A stretch of DNA of 64,000 nucleotides. Origin: Camelus dromedarius. Lineage: Eukaryota. This document shows, one piece after another, positions 22,901 through 35,049 of the stretch; within the stretch, counting starts at the first letter, position 1, and each line of letters starts with the position of its first letter. Both the position numbers and the translations under genes were made by a program. The stretch covers positions 122,204,001 through 122,268,000 of the forward strand of contig NC_087436.1 in NCBI RefSeq assembly GCF_036321535.1. Direction: 5' to 3'. A model generated the notes under the pieces. It was not told the origin of the DNA. It saw only the letters and a program-made list of their open reading frames with translations, and made no database searches.

Positions 22901-23719
22901 GCAGCTGCAGACCCGGTGCCCTGCTCCGTGCTCTCCTCACCGGGTCCCTCATCCACCACTGGCCTTCCCTTCAACACCGCTGGGTGAGTGCCTACTCGCT
23001 GTTGGGCCCTGAAAAAATAAAGGTCTCCTGGGGCTTTACAGCTCAGTGGGGGCGGAGCTGGAAATAAACCAATAACAGAGATCAATACTCTAGTATCTCT
23101 TTGGGTCAAAGAAAAGCAAGCTGGGATAAGGGGGTGAAGAGTGAGGCAGGTGGTGGAGGAGCCCAAATGGGAACTCCATGGAGCAGGGACAGCATGTGCA
23201 AAGGCCGTGGGGGCTTTGAATTAAATGTGCCAGCAGGGGATATTTTCAGACAGGTGAGCTTAGGAAGTTTACTTACCACACTGTTCTCTAGGAAGCTACT
23301 TGAAGGCATGTAACAGGGAGATGATGGCATGGGATCTAGGGAACAGTGGATCCGAACTAGAAGAGTGAAGGGTGGGCAGTGGGCATGCCCAGTTGGCTAG
23401 GAGCAGGAGGGCAAGGGCCCAGGAAGGGACACGTGGGGAATGAATTGACTGCTAGAGAATGTGATAAAGGCAGACAAGGGGGAAAGAGAAGGCAGACACA
23501 ATCTCCAGAGAAAACAAAAGCTGTCCCAAAGGTAACTCATTTCCAGCTCTCTCAGCCTCCAAGAATTATACTGACATGGAGTCATAATAGCCGCCCTCGA
23601 TCCATTCAGCCTACAGGTGAGCCAGAAAGCCGTGTCATAGCTCTAGGACAAACCTGAATGCCACTGGCCTTGACCACACGCAGGGCCAAACCCTTCGCAA
23701 GAGCTGTCTATGCTGACTC

Positions 23720-24200
23720 TCCAATCCACTTCTCCAGTGAAACCCCACTTCAGGCCTTCCCCACCCTCAACTGATCCTGCTCTTGTCAAGGCTGATGATG
23801 ACCAAGGCTGTCAAATCCAGTGGTCCAGCCTCGGGTCTTGCTTGACCTGGGGGCATGTGACACGCTGAGCCCTCCCTTCTGCCCAAAGCCCCCACCCATC
23901 TTGTTCTCTTCCTGCCCAACAACTGCCCCGTCTCCCGTGCCTGCCTGCCCTCCCAATGCACACAGCCCTCCTCTGTCCGCAGGGATCTCAGCCAGCACTC
24001 AGGTCCCGCCCTTTCCCAGGTGCACCTGTCCAGGAGCCTCTCGGGCCTCCCCGCTGCTTCCATCCCTCTTCCCCCCTCCCCTCCTCCCTTTCTCTCAAAA
24101 CCCACCCGCAATTCCCGCGGGCTCTACTTTCAAATACACCTGGATTTCAACTCCTCTTCACCCCTGCTGCTGCCACCACCCAGTCCCAGCCCCCCACTTC
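23720..24200 (+). mobile_element. L2 LINE relic (RT region)
   Basis: aactgatcctgctcttgtcaaggctgatgatgacc...tcaaatccagtggtc...cttgcttgacctg...tgacacgctgagc resembles the L2 STETALVKVTNDL...LDLSAAFDT region. Confidence 0.7.
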
Positions 24201-24214
24201 CGGTTCTGTCCTTG

Positions 24215-24400
24215 ACCCCCAGAGTCCACAAAACACTGCATGCCCAGATAAACTTAAACCCGGGATAAATGACTTTTGGTATAAACGTGTCCCAAACGTT
24301 ACATGGGACATACTTACACCAAGTACTTACACTAGAAATACCTGTACTTTTCACACTAAAAAGTGCTCACTGGTGTTCTAAGTGTGTTTGTGAACCTGGC
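24215..24400. mobile_element. MER53-like palindromic DNA-transposon MITE
   Basis: Central inverted repeat ttggtataaacgtgtccca (24276-24294) / tgggacatacttacaccaa (24304-24322), with upstream aaaacactgcatgcccagataaac, matching the MER53 consensus as I recall it. Confidence 0.7.
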
Positions 24401-25781
24401 CACAAGTCAACAACACAGGTCGGCATCCTGCCTCACTTACAGCCAGGAGTGGTCACTGCCTGAGGCCAAGCAATGGGATGTGAGCCTGTCTGGCAGCGCC
24501 CTGAACAGACAGCACCTGCCTCTGTCACCCCCTGCTCCTTGAACAGGTGGATCCTGGTCCCTGCCACTGCACCCCACTCACGCCCAGGTGGGGGGGGGGG
24601 CGGCCAGCCCAGATCTGCCCTGGCTGCAGCACTCCTCAGTCTCTCTCTGACCGGCTTCAGAGTTCACAGGTGTCATCACCCCCAGACCTCTAGTCAGCCT
24701 CCCACCGTGACCAAGGAAGGACTCTGGTTTGTTCACTGTGGCCCAGACACCTGGATCAGCACCTGCATGCCAGGCGGTTCCAACAAAAGGGAACCTGTCG
24801 TGGTCAAGTTCAATGGCTGGGAGGCCAGTGGGGCCAGGGAAGGCTGGGGGCCAGGATCTGAATAGATATGTGCATCGCATCACAAAGACAGGACACGACG
24901 GGCCGGGGTGGGGACCAGGAAGGTCTGGCTTTACCCACCTGAGGCAGCAGCACAAGGGCGCCACAGCCAGAGAACTAAAACCCCAGAGAGGCCAAGTGCC
25001 CCAGCAGCCACTTCCAATTGCAGCCCTGCCATGCTACTGAGTACTTCTAACAATGTGCATGCAATCCTTTGAAAAAGGGCTCTAATTTTTACTTTAAAAA
25101 ACATGTACAGAATGCACAGAGGAAGAGAAAGATGGAGGCCGCCCACCTGGTGCTGCGCACACACGTGTGTGGATTGGGGGTTGGGCCTGTCTTCAGGCCC
25201 ATGTCACTATCCAGGAGTTCCTGATATGCAGGGCCCAGGCTGGGGTCTGCAGAAGGGATGCGGCAGGCAAGATAGAAGGGCGGGGAAGGGTCCCGGCCCT
25301 CCCCCGCACCCCGCCCACTCACCACCCCCTCCAGCAGCCTCAGGCTTCTTGGCTACAGCGGGCTTGGCTCTGTGGGCCCACCAGCAGGACCTCCAGGGAG
25401 CCCTGGACCGCAGCCGTCTTCTCGGCAGTGCCGGAGAGCCCTCGGAGGCTCGGCACTGGGGCAGCTGCTCCAGAGACCAGGCTGGCCTCTACACTCCCCC
25501 AGCCTCCAAACAAGGGCAGGCAGGCAAGGGAGGTGGTCCTTGGAAGGCGGGTTCCCTGAGGACCCGGTGCTTGTGGGTGCAGGTCCACAAGTGTAGCCAG
25601 ACAGCCCCACTCAATTCAGGCCCTGGAGTGGGACAAGTGCCGAGAGGGCCTCCGCCCACATGGAACTGCTGGGGAAACCAAGGCCCACAGAAAGGCCCAA
25701 CCAGGGCCTCCAGGGGGCAAGGAAGGGGGGAATCTGGTGGCCAGAGCAGGGAGACAGGACACAGGCATGCCAGGTCAGGTG

Positions 25782-25787
25782 TTTATT
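25782..25787 (-). terminator. NICOL1: Poly(A) signal AATAAA of NICOL1
   Basis: TTTATT on the + strand, about 30 nt after the stop codon. Confidence 0.85.
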
Positions 25788-25815
25788 GATGAAGGAAAGT
25801 GCTGGCTCCAGGTCC

Positions 25816-25881
25816 TCAGCGCCCAGCCGGCCAGCAGGCACACAGGGCCCGGCGCTCGGCCTGCAGCAGGAGGGTCTCCGT
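25816..25881 (-). CDS. NICOL1: NICOL1/C4orf48, last coding exon
   Basis: ttttcag acceptor; encodes TETLLLQAERRALCACWPAGR then TGA. Missed by the ORF track. Confidence 0.96.
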   Translation of the reverse strand, partial: TETLLLQAERRALCACWPAGR

Positions 25882-26862
25882 CTGAAAAGCAACAAGGGGC
25901 CGTGAGGGCGCTGCACGGTGGCCCCCACCCACCAGTTCCCGAGGGCCCTCCAGCTCCTGGCTTCCCGAAACCTGCTGACAGTCCGGTCTTCACCAGCTCC
26001 CAAGAGTCTCAGAGCCTGAACCTGCACTGTGACACCACCCCCTCCCCCGCTGCCCTCTAGGCATCCTCTCCCCACTCCTCCCCACCTCCCCTCCGCTCTG
26101 CTGGAGCCTCTGCAGTTTCTGCCATGGGCCAGCCCTGCCTCCCTGGTCCCTACACCTGGACTACCTTCCCTGCTTCTCCTTCACCTCAACCACCCCTCCC
26201 AGGGCCCCCTCCGTCCCCTAACACCTCTCCCAATCCCTGAAGGTGGGTGGGGGCTGCTCCTCTCAGGACCAGGGCACCAGGCTCGGAGCCTCAGGCCCCG
26301 TAGCCTCCAAGGGTCGCTACAGAGAGCAGTCTGGATCCTTGGAAATTGGTCAGGAGACCAGAGTAGGGTCTCCCCTTCTTTCTATTTCTAGGAATGCTCT
26401 CTGCTTTCCAGAAAGACAACATATTTCTGTTATAAATGAAAACTCCGTTGGCTGGGGCACAGCAACTTCGGGGAGTGGGTGCTCACTGCTCATTCCAGAC
26501 CTGGGGGGTGACCCCTGGCACCCTGTATGCGTACCAGTCCCTCCCCAAATGAGGCTGGGGGCTGAAGAACCTCCCAGACAGCTGTGCCCAAGCTGACCTT
26601 CCACGCCCAACACTGCCCCTGCGCTCCCTTTCAACGACCTCTTCCCGGCCTCAGTCTCCTCTCTGCCCTCACACCTGGGGAGTGCCTCATCGGGACTGCC
26701 TGTCCCCCCTCTGGGCCTGGGTAGGGGTCGCCGGGAAAAGTGCCCAGTGCAGTCCTGGAGAGGAGGACTGCCTGCACCCTCTCTCACTGGGGCTATAAAC
26801 AGAGTGTGGGGCATTGGACCGGGAGATGGCGGGTCCCTCCTCCCCGGCCTCCAGAGGCTCAC

Positions 26863-26951
26863 CCGGGCGTCCAGGCTGTAGGCCGTCTTCCGCAGGTCCT
26901 GCAAGGCGCGCTGCATGAACTCGAAAGCGTGGCAGTCCACGCACGGGCGGC
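26863..26951 (-). CDS. NICOL1: NICOL1/C4orf48, middle coding exon
   Basis: ctcgcag acceptor and CGG|gtgagc donor; 89 nt encoding (S)RPCVDCHAFEFMQRALQDLRKTAYSLDAR. Confidence 0.97.
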
Positions 26952-27155
26952 CTGCGAGGGGCTCGAGTCAGGGCGGAGGGCGCGCCGCCAGCCCAGTCCC
27001 ACCCGAGCGGCGGCCTCGGTCCGCTCCCCACCTCCCACCCAAGGGGGTGCGGGGACCGCAGGGGAACAAAGGGGAGCCACGCCCCTCCAGCACGCCCGGG
27101 TGGGGTCAGGGCCCGGGCCCGCGGAGACCGCTCCGCATGCGCGCGCGGCACCTAC

Positions 27156-27288
27156 TCTGCGCGGGGACGGCGCTCCCGGCGGCGGGTTCGGCGCGGGCCT
27201 GGGCGCCCAGCAGCGCGACGCTCAATAGCAGGAGCAGTATCAGCCGCGGCGGTGACCTCGGGAGCCTGCACAGCGGCGGGGGAGCCAT
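27156..27288 (-). CDS. NICOL1: NICOL1/C4orf48 small secreted protein, first coding exon with signal peptide
   Basis: Strong Kozak GCCATGG; encodes MAPPPLCRLPRSPPRLILLLLLSVALLGAQARAEPAAGSAVPAQ; A|gtagg donor; acceptor ctgcag places the exon start at 27314. 133+89+66 = 288 nt = 95 aa plus stop. Confidence 0.96.
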
Positions 27289-27617
27289 GGCCAAGCGGAG
27301 GGAGCCCGGGCGTCCTGCAGCAGAGGAGGCTCAGCACCCCACGCGCCCCATCTCAGGCCAGCGTACCCTCACCCGGCCCCCGGCCCCTCCCTGGCCCCCG
27401 GGCTCGCGAACCCCTAGTACCCCCGACCTCTCCGGCCCAGCAAACCACCTCCAGGGCCCCGCCCCCCCGGCCCAGCGAACCCCCACCCCGCCCACCGGGT
27501 CTCGCTAGTGCCCACCGCATCCCTTCCTCTCCATCCCCGCCACGCTCCCCGGGCCCAGCTATCCCACTTCCTTCTCCCGCCCCCCCGGGACCCGACGAAC
27601 CCCCAGCCTGCCGTTAC

Positions 27618-27690
27618 CGCGGTTCAGGAACCCCGCGACAGCAGCGCTGGCGACTCGGGAAGACGTGCTGCGTCCGGCGCGCACCGCGCA
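27618..27690 (-). other. NICOL1: Probable non-coding first exon of NICOL1 (5' end approximate)
   Basis: GCG|gtaac donor at 27617-27616, just downstream of NRF1 and X-box motifs; the coding exon has an acceptor upstream of its ATG, so a 5' exon is required. Confidence 0.5.
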
Positions 27691-29899
27691 TGCGCCCCGA
27701 CCCCCGCCCCGGGTCCCCCCATCCGACGTCGTCGTCATGGAAACCCCGGGAATGAGCGAACCTCTGGTTTAAAGGGACCGAGGTGGCTCCTGGACTCCGT
27801 GCGCCCAGCCACGGCCGGCGTCTGCTGTGGAGTGCCGTCAGGCCTACGGTCTATGGAGGGCTGCCTAGAGGCGGCGGCGTCTGGACCGCACCTCCAGAGC
27901 CACCGCGGGTGGGAGCAAAGCCGAGGAAGCGGGAAATCTGCCGCTGGAGCTTGGCGGTCCGGGGACTTGGGGTGTCCCTGCGCCGATCCTGAGGGAGGGG
28001 CTCGATGCACGCCAGGGCCAGGGTCCAGTGAATGCAAAAGCGCGGCCTCTGCTCCTGGGCCAATGGGGTCCCGTCAGGTCGGATTGCTCGGGCGAGATCC
28101 GGGCCAGGAGCGACCTGGGCTCGTGAGCCGTGAAGGATCCACTCTCTCCGCCAGTCACTCCGGCCCGACCCTGCCCCTGCCCCTGCACCTCAGGCGAGAA
28201 GGGCAGGGGAGAAGCCGGCCTGCTGGGCTCTCCCTCTCCACCTCACGGTGCCCTGACACCTGTTGGCCACTTCCCCGCACCCCCCAGCTTTGTGACCTCT
28301 GAGCCGTCGCTTGGCCCCTTTTCTATCCGTGGACGCACAAGGTTGTTGGAAGAGCCTAGTGTGGCCCTCGCGGGCGCCGCGGTAAGCACGGGGTTCAGGT
28401 CGCTGCCAGCCCACGCGTGCGGGAGAGACTCGGTCCCTCTAAGAGGGAAGGTTTCCGTTTGGCGTCTACCTCGTCTCTACAAGGCCCGCGCCGATGCGGA
28501 GGCCGCCACCGCCGAGGAATGCGCCTAGGCCCGCGTCCCGGCCGCCGGAGTGCCGGGCGGAGCCCGCCAGCAACCTGCGCTGTGCCGGGCAGCGCCGGGC
28601 CCCCTTCCTGCTGGGCAGCGCCAAGCCTAGACGTCCTCTGCCCCGGGCCTGGGGTCGGTTGTCGCCCTGCCACGGAATGGGACGTCGGTGGCCCCGGTCG
28701 GAGGCAGGTTTGCTAACCTGGGGAGGGGGCAGTGCTCGTGACCGCCACTTCTCGCGGTCGGGCTCGGAGACAGGCTCGCGCTGCAGTCCGGGCCTGGGCG
28801 GGGGGCGTCCGGAAACGTGGGCAGGCCCCGCGTGGGGGCCGGGGGACTGCGGACCAGTTCCCGGACGTGCGCCATTTCCGTGCTCCTTATCCGGAGCCCC
28901 GCGCCCGGGTGGCGAGGTCACAGCCACCGAGTGGGACGGAGAGCGGCGGCCGGATGTGCGCAGCGGCCCTGCGGGGCCATTCGGTTGGGACGTGCGCCTG
29001 GAGGACGCCACAGGGCACAGGCTTTTTTCAGTCCCACGCTGCCTCCGGCTTGTGGCGGGCTCCTGCCACCTCTCCCCGCGCGCGTACAGCCGCGTCCTCC
29101 CGGGGAAGGAGAGCAAGCCTACGCCGGGGCATGGCTTGGGCTAGACCTTGGGCGACCGTGCGGTGGAACCGCGCCTTTCCCTGCTCAGCTGCAGACTCGT
29201 GGAACCTCCTGCACACCGGATCCATCTTCTCCCGCTTCCCCGGCACGCCGTGGTACTCTAGTTCGGGCGGGCTCTTTAATCCCAGCTGGGCCATCCCTAC
29301 TCCGCACACCCTGGAGCCCGTGGCACCATGCGCCACTCCCGAGGGGACCGCGCCCCCGTCCGCAGGGCGGAACCTCGGGGCTGCCTGGATGCTGAGAGCC
29401 GGCCCGGGCTGTGAGCTTCTTCTCCGCCTTACCCCGCCGGGCGCCGGTGTCCCCTCACCCACACCTGACTCTTCCTCCCTTTTGCCTCCCCAAGGGCGCC
29501 GGATTTTCTTTTTCCATTGGATCTTTACTTCAGCAAACGGGCTGTGATTTCTTCCGCATGCAAATAAGACAAACTCCTTGAGTCCCTCACGGCTACCATC
29601 ACCTCTCCTCGCTGTCCGGTTTCTCTGCCTTTCTCTGTTAAGCCCACACCTGTTCAGCCCGCGCCTGGCGCTGCACTCACCCACCTACAGAATCCAAGGA
29701 CCAGTCTTCAGCCCTCCCCCAACTGCCCGAGTCCGGTCCTGTCCAAGCTCCATTTTGCCTACACCCTGGGGGCACTTCGCCCTCCCACCTCTTTATGCCC
29801 CCTCCCCAGGGCCACGTCCTTGGGCGTCTTCTCCACCTACACCCTGTACTTTGTGACCTTATCCAATCAGGGCTGTGAAAACCAGCCAAGCAGCTCTAG

Positions 29900-30250
29900 G
29901 TGCCCATGTCCAGCTGCTCTGGGCATCTCCGCTTGGAGAACAGACTTCCCAAGGTCAGTATGTCCAGAACTGATGTCCTGATTTCACCCTCCATCTGCTG
30001 TCCCCTTCTCCCCCAGATAAAACTCAACAACTATCCTTAGCCTTTCCCATCTCTGGTGAGGGCAGTCCGTCCCCACCCTGGCAGATGCTCAGACCAAGCG
30101 CACAACAGTCCTTTTAGAAATCCTGTGCACTCCACCCTCAGCGTCACCAGGTCCACGCTGCACCTCACCTGGACTCTCACTTCACCTCACATCTCCCTGT
30201 TGTCCTCCCACTTGTGGCCCAGTCTCCCAAAGACAGCCAGAGGGACCTTT
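29900..30250 (+). mobile_element. L2 LINE 3' relic
   Basis: catctccgcttggag...atgtccagaactgatgtcctgattt...ttcccatctctggtgagggca...gctcagacca is L2-like. Confidence 0.55.
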
Positions 30251-30259
30251 CTTATTTCC

Positions 30260-30705
30260 TTTTTTAAATTGTGGTAAAACATAACACAAAATTTACCATC
30301 CTAACTGTTTTCAAGTGTGCAGCTCAGTGGCATTAAGTGCATTCGCACTGCTGTGCAGCCGTCACCACCACCCATGCACAGAGCTTCTCCATCTTCCCAA
30401 ACTGAAACTCCATCCCCATTAAACACTAACGCCTCCCTCCCCCAGACCCTGGTACCCACCATCCTACTTTCTGTCTCTATGGATTTGGCTCCTCTAGGGA
30501 TTTCATATATGTGGAAATGCACAGTATTTGTCCTTTTGTGACTGGCTTGTTTCACTGTGCAGAATGTCAGGGTTCATCCACGTTGTAGCAGGTGTCCGAA
30601 TGTCCTTCCTTTTTAAGGCTGAGTCATATTCCATCGTGTGTATAGACCACATGTTGTTTCCATTCATTCATCCACCAGTGAACACTGGGGATGCTTCCAC
30701 CTTTT
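30260..30705 (-). mobile_element. Old L1 (L1MB-type) 3' end
   Basis: aaattgtggtaaaacataacacaaaatttaccatc...cccaaactgaaactcc...ccaccatcctactttctgtctctatg is a typical L1MB 3'UTR. Confidence 0.85.
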
Positions 30706-30848
30706 AATTTTTTTTGATTTTTAATTTTGTTTGTTTGTTTTGAGAGGAGGTAATTAGGTTTGTTTATTTTAAATGGGTGCTGGGAATTGAATCCAGGACC
30801 TCATGCATGCTAAGTACACACTCTCCTACTGAGCCATACCCTTCCCCC
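30706..30848 (-). mobile_element. tRNA-derived SINE (camelid Vic-1 type)
   Basis: Reverse complement reads GGGGGAAGGGTATGGCTCAGTAGGAGAGTGTGTACTTAGCATGCATGAGGTCCTGGATTCAATTCCCAGCACC, with A/B boxes and an A-rich tail. Confidence 0.85.
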
Positions 30849-31348
30849 TCAAAGGATACTATTGGAAGGTGCGTGCAGGGGTGAATCCAGGGTGTGGCTA
30901 GCTCTTGATTCAGATTTTGGAGACACAGGGTGCTTACTTTGTGGAAGTTCCACTGTACATTTGTGATTTGTGCACGTTTCTCTATGTGTTTACTAAAAAT
31001 AAAGTGATTTATATTTTTAAACAAAGCATCGGACAAAATAAACACATGTTCAGACAGAGACAGAAGGTCCTTAGAAAGGAGAGTCTAGAGGATGTAGTTC
31101 TGGCTGAGATGAAGAGCTCCCGGGTGGAAGGTCTGTAACTAAGTGAGGGCCACATAAGAGGAAAAGCTGGGAGTGAATGTAAAGCAGTCACGAATCCACT
31201 AAACGACTGCCAAGAGAGTCAAGTGTGTGGCAGCCCACAAGTCCAGAAGCAGCCGATGGAGCTACAGCGCGCCGGGTGAGATACCCAAAGGATCTGTATT
31301 TCTGGTCGGAGCGTGAAGGTATTACTGAATTTGTTGTGTCATCTTTTT

Positions 31349-32384
31349 TTAACAATTTTTTATTGAGTTATAGTCAGTTTACAATGTTGTGTCAATTTCC
31401 AGTGTGGAGCACAATTTCTCAGTTATACATGAACATACATACATTCACTGTCACATTTTTTTCCGCTGTGAGCCACCACAAGATCTTGTATACATTTCCC
31501 TGTGCTGTACAGTATGATGTTGTTTATCTATTCTACATTTTGAAATCCCAGTCTGTCCCTTCCCACCCCCCGCCCCCTTGGCAACCACACATTTGTATTG
31601 TATGTCTATGAGTCTGTTTCTGTTTGGTTTTTTTTTTTTTTAGATTCCACATATGAGCGATCTCATATGGTATTTTTCTTTCTCTTTCTGGCTTACTTCA
31701 CTTAGAATGACATTCTCCAGGAGCATCCATGTTGCTGCAAATGGTGTCATATTGTTGGGTTTTATGGCTGAATGGTATCCCATTGTATAAATATACCACA
31801 TCTTCTTTATCCACACATCTGTTGATGGACATTTAGGTTGTCTCCATGTCTTGGCTATTGTAAATAGTGCTGCTGTGAACATTGGGGTGCAGGTGTCATT
31901 TTGAAATAGGGTTTCTTCTGGATATATGCTGAGGAGTGGGATTCCTGGGTCATATGGTAAGTCTATTCCTAGTCTTTTGAGGAATCTCCATACTGTTTTC
32001 CACAGTGGCTGCACCAAACTGCATTCCCACCAGCAGTGTAGGAGGTTCCCTTTTCTCCACAGCCTCTCCAGCATTTATCATTTGTGGACTTTTGAATGAT
32101 GGCCATTCTGACCGGTGTGAGGTGATACCTCATTGTAGTTTTGATTTGCATTTCTCTGATAATTACTGATATTGAGCATTTTTTCATGTGCCTATTGATC
32201 ATTTGTATGTCTTCCTTGGGGAATTGCTTGTTTAGGTCTTTTGCCCATTTTTGGATTGGGTTGTTTGGTTTTTTCTTAGTAAGTCATATGAGCTGCTTAT
32301 ATATTCTGGAGATGAAGCCTTTGTCGGTTTCATTTGCAAAAGTTTTCTCCCGTTCCGTAGGTTGTCGTTTTGTTTTACTTATGG
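31349..32384 (-). mobile_element. Relatively young 5'-truncated L1 (ORF2 C-terminus plus 3'UTR) with 19-bp TSD
   Basis: ORF2 peptides [30 protein letters not shown] and [23 protein letters not shown], separated by one frameshift; TSD tttgttgtgtcatcttttt at 31330-31348 and 32385-32403. Confidence 0.95.
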
Positions 32385-32469
32385 TTTGTTGTGTCATCTT
32401 TTTACACGTTCATTCAGGTATGACTGACACGCAGTAAACAATTTGATCGATGTTGATATATTTCCACAT

Positions 32470-32918
32470 GTGAAACTTAACAAAGGGAGACCTCACTAAA
32501 GTAGAGTCAGGAGGCCAGAAGAGGGAGCTCTCAGGCAGCACCACTCACAGTCAATGACAGAAGAATCATCAGTTACAGTCCCCAACAGATGCATCATCAC
32601 AGGAAAGATCACTTACGGGTCCCAACAGGATGTACCCTGTGTCTCCAAAAGAAACCAGCTGCCCCAGCAACTCAGCCAGTGGGAAACCAAACCACCCTGA
32701 ACTCTCACTTTTCTCCAGTGGACTTGTGTTCCCTCAAAACAACCCCTCCCTACTTCCTCTCTTTTCTCTATAAAATAAGGGTTTTCTCCTTTGTTGGTGG
32801 GACTTGCCTGTGACTTTTGCTATAGCTTGCTTGTCCCAAATTGTAATTTTCTGCTATTTCCAAATAAATCCACTTTTGTTGGTAAAAGTAACTGAATGTT
32901 TTTCTCTTTAAGGTCCAC
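32470..32918 (+). mobile_element. ERV1-class solo LTR (MER34/MER39-like)
   Basis: TG...CA termini, TATA box (ctataaaa near 32768), AATAAA near 32863, ttaaggtccaca end; interrupts an older L1 3'UTR. Confidence 0.7.
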
Positions 32919-32919
32919 A

Positions 32920-34260
32920 TACACGTGCAGTACCACCAGCACCCGAAGCTCCCCACGTGTCTTGGCAACCTCTCCCTCCGGCCCCTCGTGGGCACCTGCC
33001 CCCAAGACAAGCACCAGTCTCCTTTCTGTTGCTGGTTGATTTTCTACAGTCTTACATAAGTGGACTCATGCGATATATTGTATTTTGTCTGTCTTCTTTG
33101 AGTTAGTGAAATTCCTTTGAGATTTGTCTGTGTTGCTGGGCGCGTTCCTTTTTATTGGTAAGTAGTGTTTCATTACTTATTACAGCAGATTTTGCTTTGC
33201 CCACATATATTAAGCAAAGCAGGTATAGATCACAAGTATTCAAATTCCAAGTCACTTAAAAGCATTTTGTACGTTAATGACAAGGGTTATCATACAAGTG
33301 GTCTTTTTAAAATTTCTTGCACAGAAAAACCAGTTTGTTTACACATTCACTTGTTGGTAGACACTGGGGTCACTTCCAGTATCTGGCTCTTACAAATAAA
33401 GCTGTGCTGAATGTTCACATACAAGCCTCTGTGTGGACATGTGCTTTCGTTTGGGCTTTTCCCATCCCTACTTAACATCCCTTAGTCTTTCTCCTGGCTT
33501 CCTGAATCTTTGAGGTCATTCGGATGACCTGTAATGCCCTTGTCTACTGACTCGATCATCTGTCTCACTTCTGGTGCAGTTCTGATTGATTGATTCTCCC
33601 CACTTCATTATGAGTTGAATTTTCTTGCTCCTTTGAGTTTATGGTACTTTTTATTGGATGCCAGATACTGCAAATTCTATAATGTTGGATCATTGAGGGT
33701 TTTTTTTTTTATATGTTTTTGAGCTTTGTTCTGGAATGCAGTTAAGTTACTTGGAAATAATTTGATCCTTTTGGCTCTTCCTTTTAAGTTTTGTTAGGTG
33801 GGCTCAGGAGACTCCTTGGTCTAGATAAACTTGACCCTACTACTAAGGCCATGGCTTTCTGAGCATTCTGTTCAGTGCCGGATGGGGGTTGGGGACACAA
33901 CCTATTTCTGGCCCAGTGGCAACTTCCCAGCCTTGGGGAGTTTCTGCACACGCTAAGAACTGGAGAGGAACACGCTGAAGAACCCCAGAGCTTTGCCTTT
34001 TCTCTTTACAAGTCTGTCCTAAAAGTTCTAGTCACCTTGGGCTCTGAACTCTGTCTCTTCACATCAGGGACCCTGCCTGAATGGATTTGGGTTCCTCCTC
34101 CCCATCCTGCAGCCTGGGAAAATCTCTCCGGGGATCAACCGACCGTGGAATTCCCCTTGTTTCCCTCCTTTCAAGGGTTGCTGGTCTGCACTGCCCTTGT
34201 CCAGCCTGGAAAGCATTGTTTCATGTTTGTCCAGTTTTTTTCAGGTGTTTAAAGTGGTAG
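32920..34260 (-). mobile_element. Mosaic of ancient L1M fragments (3'UTR and 5' region)
   Basis: ggctcttacaaataaagctgtgctgaatgttcac and gagctttgttctggaatgcagttaagttacttggaaa are L1M-like. Confidence 0.6.
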
Positions 34261-34289
34261 GCCATGTGACCATAAGTGGAAATTAGTAT

Positions 34290-34722
34290 TACATATTCTT
34301 TTTCATTATAAGTCACTACAAGATAATTGAATATATTTCCCTGTGCTGTACAGTATAAGCTTGTTGCTTATCTATTTTATATATAGTAGTTGGTGTCTGC
34401 AAATCTCAAATTCCCACTTTATCCTTTCCCACCACCTTTCCCCCCTGGTAACCATAAGTTTGTCTTCTATGTCTGTGAGTCTGTTTCTGTTTTGTAAGTA
34501 AGTGCATTTGTGAGTGTTTTTAAGATTCCACATAAAAGTAATATCATATGGTATTTTTCTTTCTCTTTCTGGCTTACTTCACTTAGAATGATGATCTCCA
34601 GGTCCATCCATGTTGCTGCAAATGGCATTATTTTATTCTTTTCTATGGCCAAGTAGTATTCCATTGTATAAATATACCACAGCTTCTTTATCCAGTCCTC
34701 TGTCAATGGACAGGTTGTTCCA
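34290..34722 (-). mobile_element. Lineage L1 3' end fragment
   Basis: ORF 34467-34706 encodes DWIKKLWYIYTMEYYLAI...MPFAATWMDLE, the ORF2 end; followed by the 3'UTR. Confidence 0.9.
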
Positions 34723-34775
34723 TTGTGATTTCTAGTGAAACTGCTTAAAAAATAGAAAGGGAGTGAATAACTTTT

Positions 34776-34900
34776 GTTGTTGTTTGGGGGGGAGGGGTAA
34801 GTAATTAGGTTTATTTCTTTATTTATTTGTTAGTGGAGGTACTGGGGATTGAACCCAGGACATCATGCATGCTAAGCACGAGCTTTACCCATCTCCCGCA
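34776..34900 (-). mobile_element. Vic-1-type SINE with 15-bp TSD
   Basis: ggtactggggattgaacccaggacatcatgcatgctaagc; TSD gagt(g/a)aataactttt at 34761-34775 and 34901-34915. Confidence 0.88.
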
Positions 34901-35049
34901 GAGTAAATAACTTTTAAAATAATATGTGTGTGATGAAGTGAATGACAAGGAATAGTCAATCCAAAAGAAGACACAAAAGGAGAGAAGTAACATATCAATG
35001 ATTTTCAGTCAATGATAATCAACAAACTGTTCCAGGTAACAGAGAGTTT

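Larger units (their letters stand above)
26850..29460. promoter_or_regulatory. Bipartite CpG island at and upstream of NICOL1 (~26850-28000 and ~28330-29460)
   Basis: High CpG density, GC boxes, NRF1 palindrome at 27686-27695, X-box-like motif at 27731-27744. Confidence 0.85.

Noticed and set aside
31640..32202. ORFs with L1 ORF2 similarity as functional genes (also 44271-45195 and 47795-48211)
   Set aside because: They are 5'-truncated, frameshifted retrotransposon fragments.
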